Below, one piece after another: positions 18,378-28,105 of a DNA stretch of 64,000 bases (positions are counted from its first letter, which is position 1; each line of letters starts with the position of its first letter). Position numbers and translations under genes: made by a program. The DNA is from an uncultured Phycisphaera sp. GTDB lineage: Bacteria; Planctomycetota; Phycisphaerae; UBA1845. The notes under the pieces are model-generated. The model ran no database searches. It saw only the letters and a list, made by a program, of their open reading frames with translations, and was not told where the DNA came from. The stretch is from contig CAZCST010000017.1 in NCBI GenBank assembly GCA_964501365.1, positions 25,705 through 89,704 of the forward strand, given 5' to 3'.

Positions 18378-19433
18378 TCAAATGGTTCCGAGGCGCTTGC
18401 GGAGATAGTCCGCTCGCGTGGTGGCTCGTTCCTCCTCGTCGAGTGTGCGGCCCACCATCTTTTGCAGATGACCCGATTGAGTGAAAAGGAAGAGCTCATT
18501 GAGCGTGGCGATATCGAGCCGGTCAAACCGGCCCAGATGAATCCCCATGCGGATCGGCGATAGGAGCGACTGCGTCTCGCCGCTGGTGATACGGCGCGCA
18601 TTGCTGAGCAATCCGTAGGCCCGCCAGATCTTGTCGTCGAGCTGGGATGCGTGGTGCCGCACCAGCGTCTCGCGCGCCGCCTGCTCGTATTCCACCATTT
18701 TCGGAATGATCGCATTGCTAAAGGTATTGATGATGCTTTCTTCCGACTTGCCCAGCGTCGTCTGATTCGAAATCTGGTAAAGATCCCCGACAGCCTCGGT
18801 CCCTTCGCCATACGAACCACGAACGGCCAGCTTCAGGTCGCGTGCCGCCCGTGCCACCCGCTCGATTTCCTTGGTCAGTCGAAGGGCCGGAAGGTGCAGC
18901 ATCACCGACACGCGAATTCCCGTGCCCACATTGGTGGGGCAGGCCGTCAGGTAGCCAAGCGTCTTGTCGAAAGAAAAACTGATTTGCGAGGCGATGGCGT
19001 CGTCGAGGGCGTCCACGTCCTCCCATACCGTATCAAACTGCAACCCGCCGCGCATCCCCTGGATGCGCAGATGATCTTCCTCGTTAATCATGACCGCTCG
19101 CGTTTCGTCCGAGGAAATGGTCACGCCACGGCTACCCTCGCCGCTCACATGCTGGCGGCTGATCAGGTGGCGCTCGACCAGCATGGTGCGGTCCACCGTC
19201 GGAGCGTTTTCGATATCCACGACAAGGAGGTCATCGCCGTTGGCGACGGTGGTGATCGCGTCAGTCACGCTGCGAAAGATCTCGGTGCGGTCCGCCGGGC
19301 CTGCGGTTGCGAGGAACGGCAGCCCGGCCACGTTGCGCGCCAGACGGATCCGCGACGAAACCACGACTTCCGACATGGGCCCGCCGCCGCGGAGCCATTC
19401 ACCGGTCCCCTTCCACAAGTCCTCAAATTTCAT
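18378..19433 (-). CDS. mcsB: protein arginine kinase McsB (ATP:guanido phosphotransferase family)
   Basis: 'SSRIRLARN', 'INEEDHLRIQ', 'CPTN.GTG.R.SV..HLP' are phosphagen-kinase catalytic-domain motifs. It is paired with mcsA. Confidence 0.9.
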   Translation of the reverse strand: MKFEDLWKGTGEWLRGGGPMSEVVVSSRIRLARNVAGLPFLATAGPADRTEIFRSVTDAITTVANGDDLLVVDIENAPTVDRTMLVERHLISRQHVSGEGSRGVTISSDETRAVMINEEDHLRIQGMRGGLQFDTVWEDVDALDDAIASQISFSFDKTLGYLTACPTNVGTGIRVSVMLHLPALRLTKEIERVARAARDLKLAVRGSYGEGTEAVGDLYQISNQTTLGKSEESIINTFSNAIIPKMVEYEQAARETLVRHHASQLDDKIWRAYGLLSNARRITSGETQSLLSPIRMGIHLGRFDRLDIATLNELFLFTQSGHLQKMVGRTLDEEERATTRADYLRKRLGTI

Positions 19434-19921
19434 ATGGATTCCATGTCGCGGATTTTGTCGCGGACGCGGGCGGCGAGTTCGTAGTTCTCGTGCGTGATCG
19501 CTTCTTGCAGCTCCCGCCTGAGGAGAATGAGTCCGGTGCGCTTCTGCGTATTTGAATCGCCAGCGTTGGGCGTCTTACCCACGTGGTGGGTCCCGCCGTC
19601 GTGGGCGCGCTCGATCAGGGGATTGAGCAAACTGGCGAACGCCTGGTAGTCGTTGGGGCAACCCAGCGTCCCCTTGGTCTGAAACTCCCGAAACGTCATG
19701 CCGCATTTCGGACAGGACAGGTCATCGCCCACGCCCATACCCGCCTTGGACTTGATGAACTGCTTGAGGATTTCATTCGTCGAGGAAAACTTCTGCTTGA
19801 TGATGACGCCTTCCTTCTCGGCGCAGTCCTCGCACAAGTGGCGCTCGCGCTTGTCCGGCAGGGTGTCGGTGATATGTACGGTCGCCTTTGACTGGTTGCA
19901 GCGTTGACAGACGATACTCAT
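19430..19921 (-). CDS. mcsA: McsA-like activator (zinc-finger repeats plus UVR domain)
   Basis: 'C..C....A......C..CA' and 'CP.CG' Cys pairs. C-terminal UVR motif 'LQEAI..E.YE.AA..RD.I'. 4-nt overlap with mcsB. Confidence 0.8.
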   Translation of the reverse strand: MSIVCQRCNQSKATVHITDTLPDKRERHLCEDCAEKEGVIIKQKFSSTNEILKQFIKSKAGMGVGDDLSCPKCGMTFREFQTKGTLGCPNDYQAFASLLNPLIERAHDGGTHHVGKTPNAGDSNTQKRTGLILLRRELQEAITHENYELAARVRDKIRDMESI

Positions 19922-20016
19922 GGATCCCGTCCTGAAAAACCCATTTAACTCTATGCCCGCAGCCTTTTATCGTCAATCCGGCGTTTGGTACTGGTCAACT
20001 TTGATCGACTGAGTGC

Positions 20017-20087
20017 CACTGGCAGCTTGCTGCCAGTGTTTGCACGGGCGGACAAGCCGCCCGTGGCACCCAAGCTTTACCAGTGCC
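20017..20087. repeat. three stacked GC hairpins (REP-like)
   Basis: CACTGGCAG-cttg-CTGCCAGTG (20017..20038); CACGGGCGG-acaag-CCGCCCGTG (20043..20065); GGCAC-N13-GTGCC (20065..20087). Confidence 0.6.
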
Positions 20088-20220
20088 CGGCGTTTTCAGA
20101 ATTATGGGTGCTGGTAGGGTTTGAGTCGTCGGATGCCATGGCCAAGCGGAGCGCCGCCATGCCGGCGCCCGATGAGGCCGGGCTTGGGCATGCCACCCTC
20201 CGGCTCGGCCGACTTCCGAC

Positions 20221-20604
20221 TCACCCCGGCTCATAAATCGCCATACATCCCGGCGCTTCCGTCACTTCGACGTGGGCAAGCGACGCTCCGCCAGACTCGA
20301 AGATCCGGTGAAAAATCCACTCCGCCACGACCTCCGTCGTGGGGTTTTTCCCCCGCAAGGCGGCCAGTTCGTTGAGGTTGGAATAATTCAGCGGCTCGAT
20401 GGCTTTTTTCAGGAGTCGTCCGGCCTCCGCGAAATCAATAACCATGCCCAATGAATCGAGCGACGCTCGCGCAAACGTCACCCGCACGTGCCAGTCATGC
20501 CCGTGCGGCGGCTCGACCGAACCATCATGCAGGCGGATATGATGCGTCGCGGAAAACCGTGATTCGACCACTACGCTATGCAAGCCGCCCTCCACATGCA
20601 TCAC
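20221..20604 (-). CDS. queD: 6-carboxy-5,6,7,8-tetrahydropterin synthase (QueD / PTPS family)
   Basis: 'F.A.H......G..E..HGH...V...' is the PTPS-fold Zn-binding His pattern. 127 aa. Confidence 0.85.
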   Translation of the reverse strand: MMHVEGGLHSVVVESRFSATHHIRLHDGSVEPPHGHDWHVRVTFARASLDSLGMVIDFAEAGRLLKKAIEPLNYSNLNELAALRGKNPTTEVVAEWIFHRIFESGGASLAHVEVTEAPGCMAIYEPG

Positions 20605-21556
20605 GCCGCACCCTACTACTACTGTTCCTGATCAGCACCAGACCGACGCCCAACAATGCTATCATCATCGCCCTAGGCCCCCATGCGGACGTCGCCGGGA
20701 TGGCTGGAGCGTCGACAATGGTAAGCCCCTGGAGATTGAGGTTGGGGTTCCCGACGTCAATTGCAGTGACAAACGCTTCCACGTTCGATCCATCCAGATT
20801 GGATCGTCGAATGGTTTTCGCAATATTGTCAACCCAGTATAACTTGCGTCCCTTCGGTTCCACTTTGACTTGACCTACCAATGTGTCAAGAGCACCAATC
20901 GGCTCACCCATAACGTCGGAACCATCGGCACTGGTGCGATAAATGCCCTCGGATGTACCCACATAAATCTTGTCTTCAACCGGGTCGTAAGTCAGGCCTA
21001 TTGGTGACGGCGTCCCACTCATGTACTGCTCGTTGGATCCGTCGGCGTCGGCGCGCCATATTCCTTTTGCCAAGATACCGCCCGCACCGAAAAACAGCCG
21101 ATCTCCGAGGCCCTCCAATGTGAAAACGCAACATGAGTACGTATGAGAAATGATGCCCGTCCCATCCAATTCGGAACTGCTTATGCTGGTACCGCTACCG
21201 GAGGTCCAATGCAACTTCCTACCCGCGATGTTGATGGTGAAATACCCCACGTCTGAGATGGGAATCGTCTCGGGATTTGATCCATCGAGATTGGATCGCT
21301 GAATAACGGATGTCCCGCCTGAAACCAAGCGGTAGTAGAGTTTTCTCGACACCGGATCGTAGCGGGTCGATTGAGCAAACTGCGGAGACGGAAACTGGAC
21401 GATGGTTTGAACCGAACCGCCATTGACGTCCTTCCGCTGAATCTTCCGGGCGTCCTGATCCGCCCATACGATGGTCTGGGCAAGCGTGGCCGAGGGAATC
21501 AGTCCCCCGAAGCCGGTCAGGGTTATCAGACAAATCAATGTTCTAACGGATGTCAT
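20576..21556 (-). CDS. secreted YWTD/LDL-receptor-class-B-like beta-propeller protein with C-terminal hydrophobic anchor
   Basis: Signal peptide after the ATG at 21556. Recurrent 'K[IL]YW.D.....I.R..LDGS' blades. C-terminus is a TM helix followed by basic residues. Confidence 0.7.
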   Translation of the reverse strand: MTSVRTLICLITLTGFGGLIPSATLAQTIVWADQDARKIQRKDVNGGSVQTIVQFPSPQFAQSTRYDPVSRKLYYRLVSGGTSVIQRSNLDGSNPETIPISDVGYFTINIAGRKLHWTSGSGTSISSSELDGTGIISHTYSCCVFTLEGLGDRLFFGAGGILAKGIWRADADGSNEQYMSGTPSPIGLTYDPVEDKIYVGTSEGIYRTSADGSDVMGEPIGALDTLVGQVKVEPKGRKLYWVDNIAKTIRRSNLDGSNVEAFVTAIDVGNPNLNLQGLTIVDAPAIPATSAWGPRAMMIALLGVGLVLIRNSSSRVRRDACGGRLA

Positions 21557-21991
21557 CTTGCGGTACCGCCTAACTGACGCATCCAAGGGAAGGAAAAGCA
21601 GCATAACCCAAGTACAGCGGAATCGCAACCGAGTTCCTCTGCTTTTGATGGAATTTGAACTTGGCACGGATGGTCAAGATCCAGCGGCATCGGACCTGGG
21701 GCACGATTCAGTCGCGTCAATTACCATTGTTCGCAAATTCCCTCAAATCTGCGCGCGCCCGGTATGTTATTGGTGAATGATGCGCATAACAAAGCATCTC
21801 GGTCCGTCCGTGCTCCTCGTTGAAAAAAACACGTTCAAACCTCACTGGGTCAACTATGAAAAAATACGGAACAAAGCCAATTGAAAGATTCACTTTACGG
21901 CCACGACTTTTGCTGTTTCGTTACCTTGTGATAGATTCCGCAGGCTCGAAAGGATGCTGGCTGACCCTCTAATTTGATAAGCGAGAGAGAT

Positions 21992-23572
21992 ATGACCATC
22001 GCACGAAACATCGCCCAATGGGCCATCAAAACCCGATACGAAGACCTCCCCGCGAAGACCATTCACGAGGTTAAGCGCCGCGTGATCGACTCGCTGGCCA
22101 CCACGCTCGGTGCATACAACTCGCACCCGGCCAAGGTGGTTCGCGAGAAGGCAATGGCCTTCCGTGACCCCGCCGCCAAGGCCACCGTTTGGGGGACGAC
22201 ACACAAGACATTGCCGGAGCTCGCCGCCTTTGCCAACGGGGCCATGACTCGCTATCTGGACTACAACGATACGTATCTCAGCCTTGAGCCTGCGCATCCC
22301 TCCGACAACCTCGCACCGTGTGTGGCCGTCACTCAGGAGACCGGCAAGACCGGGCGCGATTTGATTCTCGCTGCCGTGATCGCCTATGAAATTCAGTGCC
22401 GCCTTTGCGATGCGGCGAGCCTCCGCGCCGGCGGATGGGATCACGTCGTCTATGGTGCGCTCTCCAGCGCCGTCGCCGCCGCGAAACTCTGGGGCTTGAA
22501 TGATGAGCAAATCGAGCACGCTCTTGGCCTCGCAGGTGTGTGCAACATCGCCACGCGACAAACCCGAACCGGCCAAATCGCCGACTGGAAAGCCTGCGCC
22601 TTCTCCAACGCCGCCCGCAATGGCGTCTTCGCCGCCGACCTTGCCCGTCGCGGCCTCACCGGACCAAACGAAATCTTCGAGGGGCCCAAAGGCTTGATGA
22701 GGCAGCTCAACATTCCCGGCGTGAGGAATCTCGTGCTGGGTGAGGGCGGCGACTACATGATTGACAAAACCTACATCAAATTCTGGCCCGCCGAGTATCA
22801 CTCGCAATCGGCCATCGACGCCTGCCTGCAACTTCGTCCTGCTGTTCTGGGCCAGACCATCACACAAATCCACATCCGCAGCTTCGAGGCCGCCGTCAGC
22901 ATCATCGGTTCCGAGCCGGAGAAGCTCCGACCGACGTCGCGCGAAACCGCCGATCACTCCATGTTCTATTGCTGTGCGGCCGCCCTCGTGGATGGCGACG
23001 TGACGCTTGAGACGTTTGATGACGATCGACTCACTGACCCGCGCCTGCTCAATCTCATTGATAAGACCGTCATCGTTGAAGACGACGAAATGAATCGCGG
23101 ATATCCGAAGGGTATTCCCAATCACATCACGATTACCTGCGCAAACGGAACGCGGGTGAACAACCGCGTGGACTTCCCACGGGGACACGCTGGAAATCCC
23201 ATGACCGACGACGAGGTGGTGGCGAAATTCATGCGGATGGCCAGTGGCGTCATCAGCGACAAGACTGCGTCGCAAATCCTCGACCGTGCGTGGAACCTCG
23301 ACACGCTGAAGGACATCACGCCGCTCTTCGCGTTCACCACAGGAGAGTCAAAGTCAGCCCGTTCGCGTTCCTCCGCCGCCCGTACCCGCGTCCTGAAGTC
23401 CGCGACCGCGAAGGCAAAATCAGTCCCCTCGCGTCCTGCCAAATCGGCTACCAAGCGGAACTCTCCAGCCAAGGGCCGTTCCAAAAAACTGGTTTCGACA
23501 AAGAGCAGTGCGACCAGGAACCGTGCCGCAGCAAATTCAGCGAGAGGAAAGAAGAAATCCCGAAAGCGGTAG
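21992..23572 (+). CDS. MmgE/PrpD-family protein (2-methylcitrate dehydratase-like) with ~75-aa Lys/Ser/Ala/Arg-rich C-terminal tail
   Basis: The N-terminal 'I..WA.......LP......K....D......G' PrpD-type start and overall length match the family. The tail is 'KSARSRSSAARTRVLKSATAKAKS...GKKKSRKR'. Confidence 0.8.
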   Translation: MTIARNIAQWAIKTRYEDLPAKTIHEVKRRVIDSLATTLGAYNSHPAKVVREKAMAFRDPAAKATVWGTTHKTLPELAAFANGAMTRYLDYNDTYLSLEPAHPSDNLAPCVAVTQETGKTGRDLILAAVIAYEIQCRLCDAASLRAGGWDHVVYGALSSAVAAAKLWGLNDEQIEHALGLAGVCNIATRQTRTGQIADWKACAFSNAARNGVFAADLARRGLTGPNEIFEGPKGLMRQLNIPGVRNLVLGEGGDYMIDKTYIKFWPAEYHSQSAIDACLQLRPAVLGQTITQIHIRSFEAAVSIIGSEPEKLRPTSRETADHSMFYCCAAALVDGDVTLETFDDDRLTDPRLLNLIDKTVIVEDDEMNRGYPKGIPNHITITCANGTRVNNRVDFPRGHAGNPMTDDEVVAKFMRMASGVISDKTASQILDRAWNLDTLKDITPLFAFTTGESKSARSRSSAARTRVLKSATAKAKSVPSRPAKSATKRNSPAKGRSKKLVSTKSSATRNRAAANSARGKKKSRKR

Positions 23573-23607
23573 TCCGGTCAGCAGTGGGGTTTGTTCGGCA
23601 GTCCTGC

Positions 23608-25728
23608 TTAATTCGCTCGTCGTACCCAGATCGGGCTTGACCAGGCGCGGACCGGGCGGCCATGCGTGCGATTGGTCTGTTGCAGGCGCACGTAATAGAT
23701 GGTGTCTGCCGAGAAGGACGTATCCTTCACGGATAGCGTGGTCTCGCGGGGCTGCGCGCCGGCGTCGAACAGCACTTCCCACAGCCCAGTTCCTAACTCG
23801 TATCGCATGATTTGGAGATACTCGAGGGGGGCAGTGCCGACGACGCTGACAGTGATTTCAGGGTCACCTTCGGCGGTGATCTCGGAGCCCAAGGGAACAC
23901 CATTGATCTGAAAATCCAGGATGATCCGGTCACCCGTCGTTGCGTAAGTCCGCCGGTCGTGGATGGCGTCAAAGATTCCCTCGCGCGTCAGGGTATCCGC
24001 GCGGACGGCCGTCAGCCCGCCGCCGGTTTTTCCCGGCTGCGCCCTGTGATCGTCCGATCCCGCGACGACTCCCATACGAAGTCCGCGTGCCCATGCGTCC
24101 CTCGCATAGTGCGGGCCGCGCTTGGAAATACCCGTCGGGCAGTCCTGCGGATCTCCGTCGCGCGGCAGCCCCAGGCCGCTGTTCTCATAGGAGAGTGCGT
24201 CCAGAGGGTTGAAGTACTCGCCTTGCCCGTGGAGTGAGTAGATTTCCAGAGCCGGGCGCGGAACGGACGCGAACGCGTTCCAGTTTACCCACGAGCCCTC
24301 GATGAACAGGGCGTAGAAACGCGAGAGCACCTGCGGCAGGCTTTGAGCATGCCAGATAATTCCGGGGTGATGCTGGATGATGAAGGCGCCATAGGGACTC
24401 GCCGCCTTCCATGTTTCGTCGAGCTGCCCGCCGAGCAGGATCGGCGCATCGGTGGTTGAGAAGTAGACGTTTTGATGTCCGCTGGGCGAGGCCGCACTGT
24501 TCTCGAATGCGAGCAGAGTTACGAAGACGCCGGGATCATAATAATCGATGACATCCTGCCGGATGGAGTCCCAATCGCCCTCGGGAAGAAGTACATTTCG
24601 AGCGTAGGGATTGTCCTGTTCTGTGTTGTGTTCCGTTGTGGCCACGAAGTCGAGAAGGGACGCATCTCTTGCGTAGACAAGCGGCCCTTCGCCGACGCCA
24701 TCCTTGCTTACTTCGGTATGGGCGTGAAGGTCTCCCCAATAGAGCCTTTCGCCAGGCGGGCTGTCGCTGACCACCACGGGATTGCTTTCTGCGGGCGGGA
24801 GTCCGGGCACGATGACCTTAACCGCGTAGGTTCCCGGCGCTGCGACTCGAAAATCGAGAGTTACCGGGCGATCCCCAAATTTATTGAGTTCGTCCACAGA
24901 CATCTCGGATGGTATCCCGTCCATGGGCACAGAGACCTGAAATGAAACCTCGTCCGGCCACGTCGAAACCGCGTTAAAGTTTTCGTCCAGGAGTCGCATC
25001 TTCAGGGTCAGCCGCTCACCGATTTTTCCAATCGAAGGAATTACGACCGCAAGCTCCATTGGGGAACCGGCCTGCACGGTGAGGCGTGTCGGCTCCAGCA
25101 GTGTCGTGCATTCGGATGTGGACGCAGACACAAACTCCGCTTCAATCCAACCGCTGCCGCCCGCGTCAGGGACCTTGAAGTGTCCGTCCTCTTTCCATCC
25201 GCGAATGAGGATGGTGAAGCTGTCATTAGCGGCCAGTTCGCCTTCCACCAGTTGAATTCCCAACAGACTCTTGAATCGATTTGGTTCGCCATTGAGTCTC
25301 TGGTTGGCCGCGATGTTGTACGAAAAACGTCTGGTGCTTTCGTCGCTCAGCACGCCAAAGTAGTTGGCCTTGTTCGGATTTCGGAATTGAAACTTGGCCA
25401 GATTCTCAACGGAGGAACAGCTATGGCGTGTATGCCAACCCGTCGGAAGCTCGAGGCGGAGTTCGTCCCCTGCGTGCATGCCGTCGGGGCCGGCGTGGTA
25501 CGCCAGCAAAATCTCGCCAGGCTGCCCCGCGATCAACGTGTCCGAATTCATGACACGGAGATTTCCGGGGCGTTGGGGTTGGCACTGCGGCGGCACGTTC
25601 GCCGGAATGTCTTGCCCGCAGCCGCTGCTGTGGAGTATGAGGACAGGCATTGCACAGAGGACAAGAGTCCGTCGAGAGTGCAGAAGGACGGCGGTCCAAA
25701 GCCTGAGAGATGTCAACATTTGTTTCAA
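23608..25728 (-). CDS. secreted DUF3604-like metal-dependent hydrolase-fold protein
   Basis: Signal peptide. 'YWGDLHAHTEVSKDG' and downstream 'HN.E'/'GSDDH' are His/Asp clusters typical of DUF3604 and PHP-like proteins. Confidence 0.6.
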   Translation of the reverse strand: MKQMLTSLRLWTAVLLHSRRTLVLCAMPVLILHSSGCGQDIPANVPPQCQPQRPGNLRVMNSDTLIAGQPGEILLAYHAGPDGMHAGDELRLELPTGWHTRHSCSSVENLAKFQFRNPNKANYFGVLSDESTRRFSYNIAANQRLNGEPNRFKSLLGIQLVEGELAANDSFTILIRGWKEDGHFKVPDAGGSGWIEAEFVSASTSECTTLLEPTRLTVQAGSPMELAVVIPSIGKIGERLTLKMRLLDENFNAVSTWPDEVSFQVSVPMDGIPSEMSVDELNKFGDRPVTLDFRVAAPGTYAVKVIVPGLPPAESNPVVVSDSPPGERLYWGDLHAHTEVSKDGVGEGPLVYARDASLLDFVATTEHNTEQDNPYARNVLLPEGDWDSIRQDVIDYYDPGVFVTLLAFENSAASPSGHQNVYFSTTDAPILLGGQLDETWKAASPYGAFIIQHHPGIIWHAQSLPQVLSRFYALFIEGSWVNWNAFASVPRPALEIYSLHGQGEYFNPLDALSYENSGLGLPRDGDPQDCPTGISKRGPHYARDAWARGLRMGVVAGSDDHRAQPGKTGGGLTAVRADTLTREGIFDAIHDRRTYATTGDRIILDFQINGVPLGSEITAEGDPEITVSVVGTAPLEYLQIMRYELGTGLWEVLFDAGAQPRETTLSVKDTSFSADTIYYVRLQQTNRTHGRPVRAWSSPIWVRRAN

Positions 25729-25934
25729 AAAATGCCCATCCGATCACGGAGCGCGTTGAATTCTCGCCGCTGGTCATATCGGGCAGTAAGTTTCCTGTTC
25801 ACCCTTCGCCGACACATTTCCGGCAATTGTCGGCAACGTCAGCGTAGCACGAAACGCCACTCTTCAGCCAGCGCGGCCGCCACCGGGCCACCACGTGCGT
25901 TGGGCTACATGCTTTGCACGCCTGATGCAGGGTC

Positions 25935-27920
25935 ATGTTTCGGAGTCGATTCGAACCGACTACCATCGCCGTCATGCCAATGGGTGGGTCATCGAATCCA
26001 GCAAGCAAGCGCGGACCGGGAAGCTTTTCAGGAAAGCTGATCAGCAAGCTGACGCGCGACGATCTTTACCTGTACAACGAAGGGAATCACTTTCGCATCT
26101 ACGAGAAGCTCGGCGCCCATCCGTTGACGGTGGGCGAGCGGCCAGGAGTGAATTTCGCGGTATGGGCCCCGAACGCCGAGCGGGTTTCGGTAATCGGCGA
26201 CTTCAACGGGTGGAATCGTTCCGCGAATCCGCTCCGGCCCCGCGAGCAGTCCGGCATCTGGGAGGGGTTCGTGCCGGGCCTGAGTCAGGGCGCAATTTAC
26301 AAGTACAACGTCGTCTCGCGCGGCGGGTATCGCGTCGAGAAGGCCGATCCGGTGGGGTTTTTCTGCGAGGTTCCGCCGAAGACCGGGTCGGTGGTGTGGG
26401 ATTTGGAGTATGCGTGGGGCGATGCGGAGTGGATGGCTTCGCGCGGAGCGAAACAGGCGTTGGACGCGCCGATTTCGATTTATGAAATGCATCTGGGTTC
26501 GTGGATGCGCATGCCGGAAGAGGGGCAGCAGTCGCTGACCTATCGAGAGCTGGCGCCGCGACTGGTCTCCTATCTGAAAGAGACGGGCTTTACGCACGTT
26601 GAATTTCTGCCGGTGATGGAACATCCGTTTGCAGGATCTTGGGGATATCAGATCACGGGATACTTCGCGCCGACGTCGCGCTTCGGAACGCCGCAAGACT
26701 TCATGTTTCTGGTGGACACGCTGCACCAGAACGGCATCGGCGTGATTCTCGACTGGGTTCCGTCGCACTTTCCCACGGATGAGCACGGGCTTGGGTTCTT
26801 CGATGGTACGCATCTGTACGAACACGCTGATCCGCGCAAAGGGTTTCATCCGGACTGGAAGAGCTTCGTCTTCAACTATGGCCGGCACGAAGTGCGGGCG
26901 TTCCTCATCAGCAATGCAAATTTCTGGCTCGACCGGTATCACGCGGATGGCTTGCGGGTCGATGCGGTGGCGTCTTTGCTATATCTGGATTATTCGCGGA
27001 AGGAGGGCGAATGGATTCCCAATGAGCAGGGCGGCCGCGAAAACACAGACGCGATTCACTTTCTGCGCCGACTCAATGAGGAGGTCTACGGGCGCTTCCA
27101 TGATGTGCAGCTGTACGCAGAGGAATCGACGGCCTGGCCCATGGTGTCCAGGCCGACATACGCGGGCGGGCTTGGCTTTGGCTACAAATGGGACATGGGC
27201 TGGATGCACGACACGCTTGTGTACATGGCCCGCGACCCCATTCATCGGCGACATCATCACGGCGAACTCACGTTCCGGTTGATCTACGCGCATCAGGAGA
27301 ATTTCGTGCTCCCGCTTTCGCACGACGAAGTGGTGCATGGCAAGGGGTCGCTGCTGGACAAGATGCCGGGCGATGAATGGCAGAAGTTTGCAAACCTGCG
27401 GTTGTTGTATGGGTACATGTTCGCGCAGCCGGGCAAGAAGTTGCTGTTCATGGGCGACGAGATCGCACAGTGGAGTGAGTGGAAGCATGACGGCAGCATT
27501 GACTGGCATCTGGCGGAATATGACCGCCATGCGGGAATGAAGAAGCTGGTGGCCGATTTGAATGCGATGTATGCGCGGGAGGCGGCGCTGCACCTCGATT
27601 GCGACCCGGCGGGGTTTGAGTGGGTGGATTGCAACGATGCGGCGGTGAGCGTGCTCTCGTTTCTGCGGCGGAGAAAGGATTCGCCGGACATCCTTTGCGT
27701 TTGCAATTTCACACCGGTTCCCCGCGGTGGCTATCGGGTTCCCGTACCTCGCGCCGGGCGATGGCGGGAGTTGCTCAACACCGATTCAACCTGTTACGGG
27801 GGGAGCGGCATGGGGAACATGGGCGGCGCGGAGGCGGTGGTCGGGAAGTCAGGAGAGAAAGCCTTGTTACAATTGCTGTTGCCGCCGCTTTCGGTTGTTT
27901 TCTTCAAGGCTGAAGGGTAG
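25935..27920 (+). CDS. glgB: 1,4-alpha-glucan branching enzyme
   Basis: 'GV.F.VWAP.A..V...GDFN.W', 'YE.H.GSW', 'LD.VP.HF', 'DG.R.DAV.S..Y', 'AEEST.WP' and '[10 protein letters not shown]' are GH13 GlgB motifs. Start uncertain (25935 or the Met codons at about 25974). Confidence 0.95.
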   Translation: MFRSRFEPTTIAVMPMGGSSNPASKRGPGSFSGKLISKLTRDDLYLYNEGNHFRIYEKLGAHPLTVGERPGVNFAVWAPNAERVSVIGDFNGWNRSANPLRPREQSGIWEGFVPGLSQGAIYKYNVVSRGGYRVEKADPVGFFCEVPPKTGSVVWDLEYAWGDAEWMASRGAKQALDAPISIYEMHLGSWMRMPEEGQQSLTYRELAPRLVSYLKETGFTHVEFLPVMEHPFAGSWGYQITGYFAPTSRFGTPQDFMFLVDTLHQNGIGVILDWVPSHFPTDEHGLGFFDGTHLYEHADPRKGFHPDWKSFVFNYGRHEVRAFLISNANFWLDRYHADGLRVDAVASLLYLDYSRKEGEWIPNEQGGRENTDAIHFLRRLNEEVYGRFHDVQLYAEESTAWPMVSRPTYAGGLGFGYKWDMGWMHDTLVYMARDPIHRRHHHGELTFRLIYAHQENFVLPLSHDEVVHGKGSLLDKMPGDEWQKFANLRLLYGYMFAQPGKKLLFMGDEIAQWSEWKHDGSIDWHLAEYDRHAGMKKLVADLNAMYAREAALHLDCDPAGFEWVDCNDAAVSVLSFLRRRKDSPDILCVCNFTPVPRGGYRVPVPRAGRWRELLNTDSTCYGGSGMGNMGGAEAVVGKSGEKALLQLLLPPLSVVFFKAEG

Positions 27921-28105
27921 CGCATCACTTCTCCCGCAGTGCCTACGGCAGTTTTCCGGCGGCTCACCGACCGGGCCATTGTCAGGCCACCCTACACGGA
28001 ACGAAAAGCGCCTGCCACAAGCGCGAGGATCTCCAGCAGCGTCCCCAAGCATCCGAAAGACATTGGAACGACCGCGAGGCGCGGCGGATTCCCGGTGTCG
28101 AAGGA

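Noticed and set aside
17456-18820. 454-aa minus-strand ORF spanning the pilD 5' end, the repeat gap and the mcsB 3' end
   Set aside because: It is out of frame with both real genes and reads through the heptamer repeat region. It has no motifs.
20576-20720. PEP-CTERM sorting signal on the YWTD propeller protein
   Set aside because: The C-terminus has a TM helix plus basic residues, but the diagnostic P-E-P motif is absent ('IPATSAWG'). No exosortase is nearby. It is kept only as a hydrophobic anchor.
21890-23275. 461-aa minus-strand ORF
   Set aside because: It is antisense to the MmgE/PrpD-family gene, which carries the recognisable family sequence.
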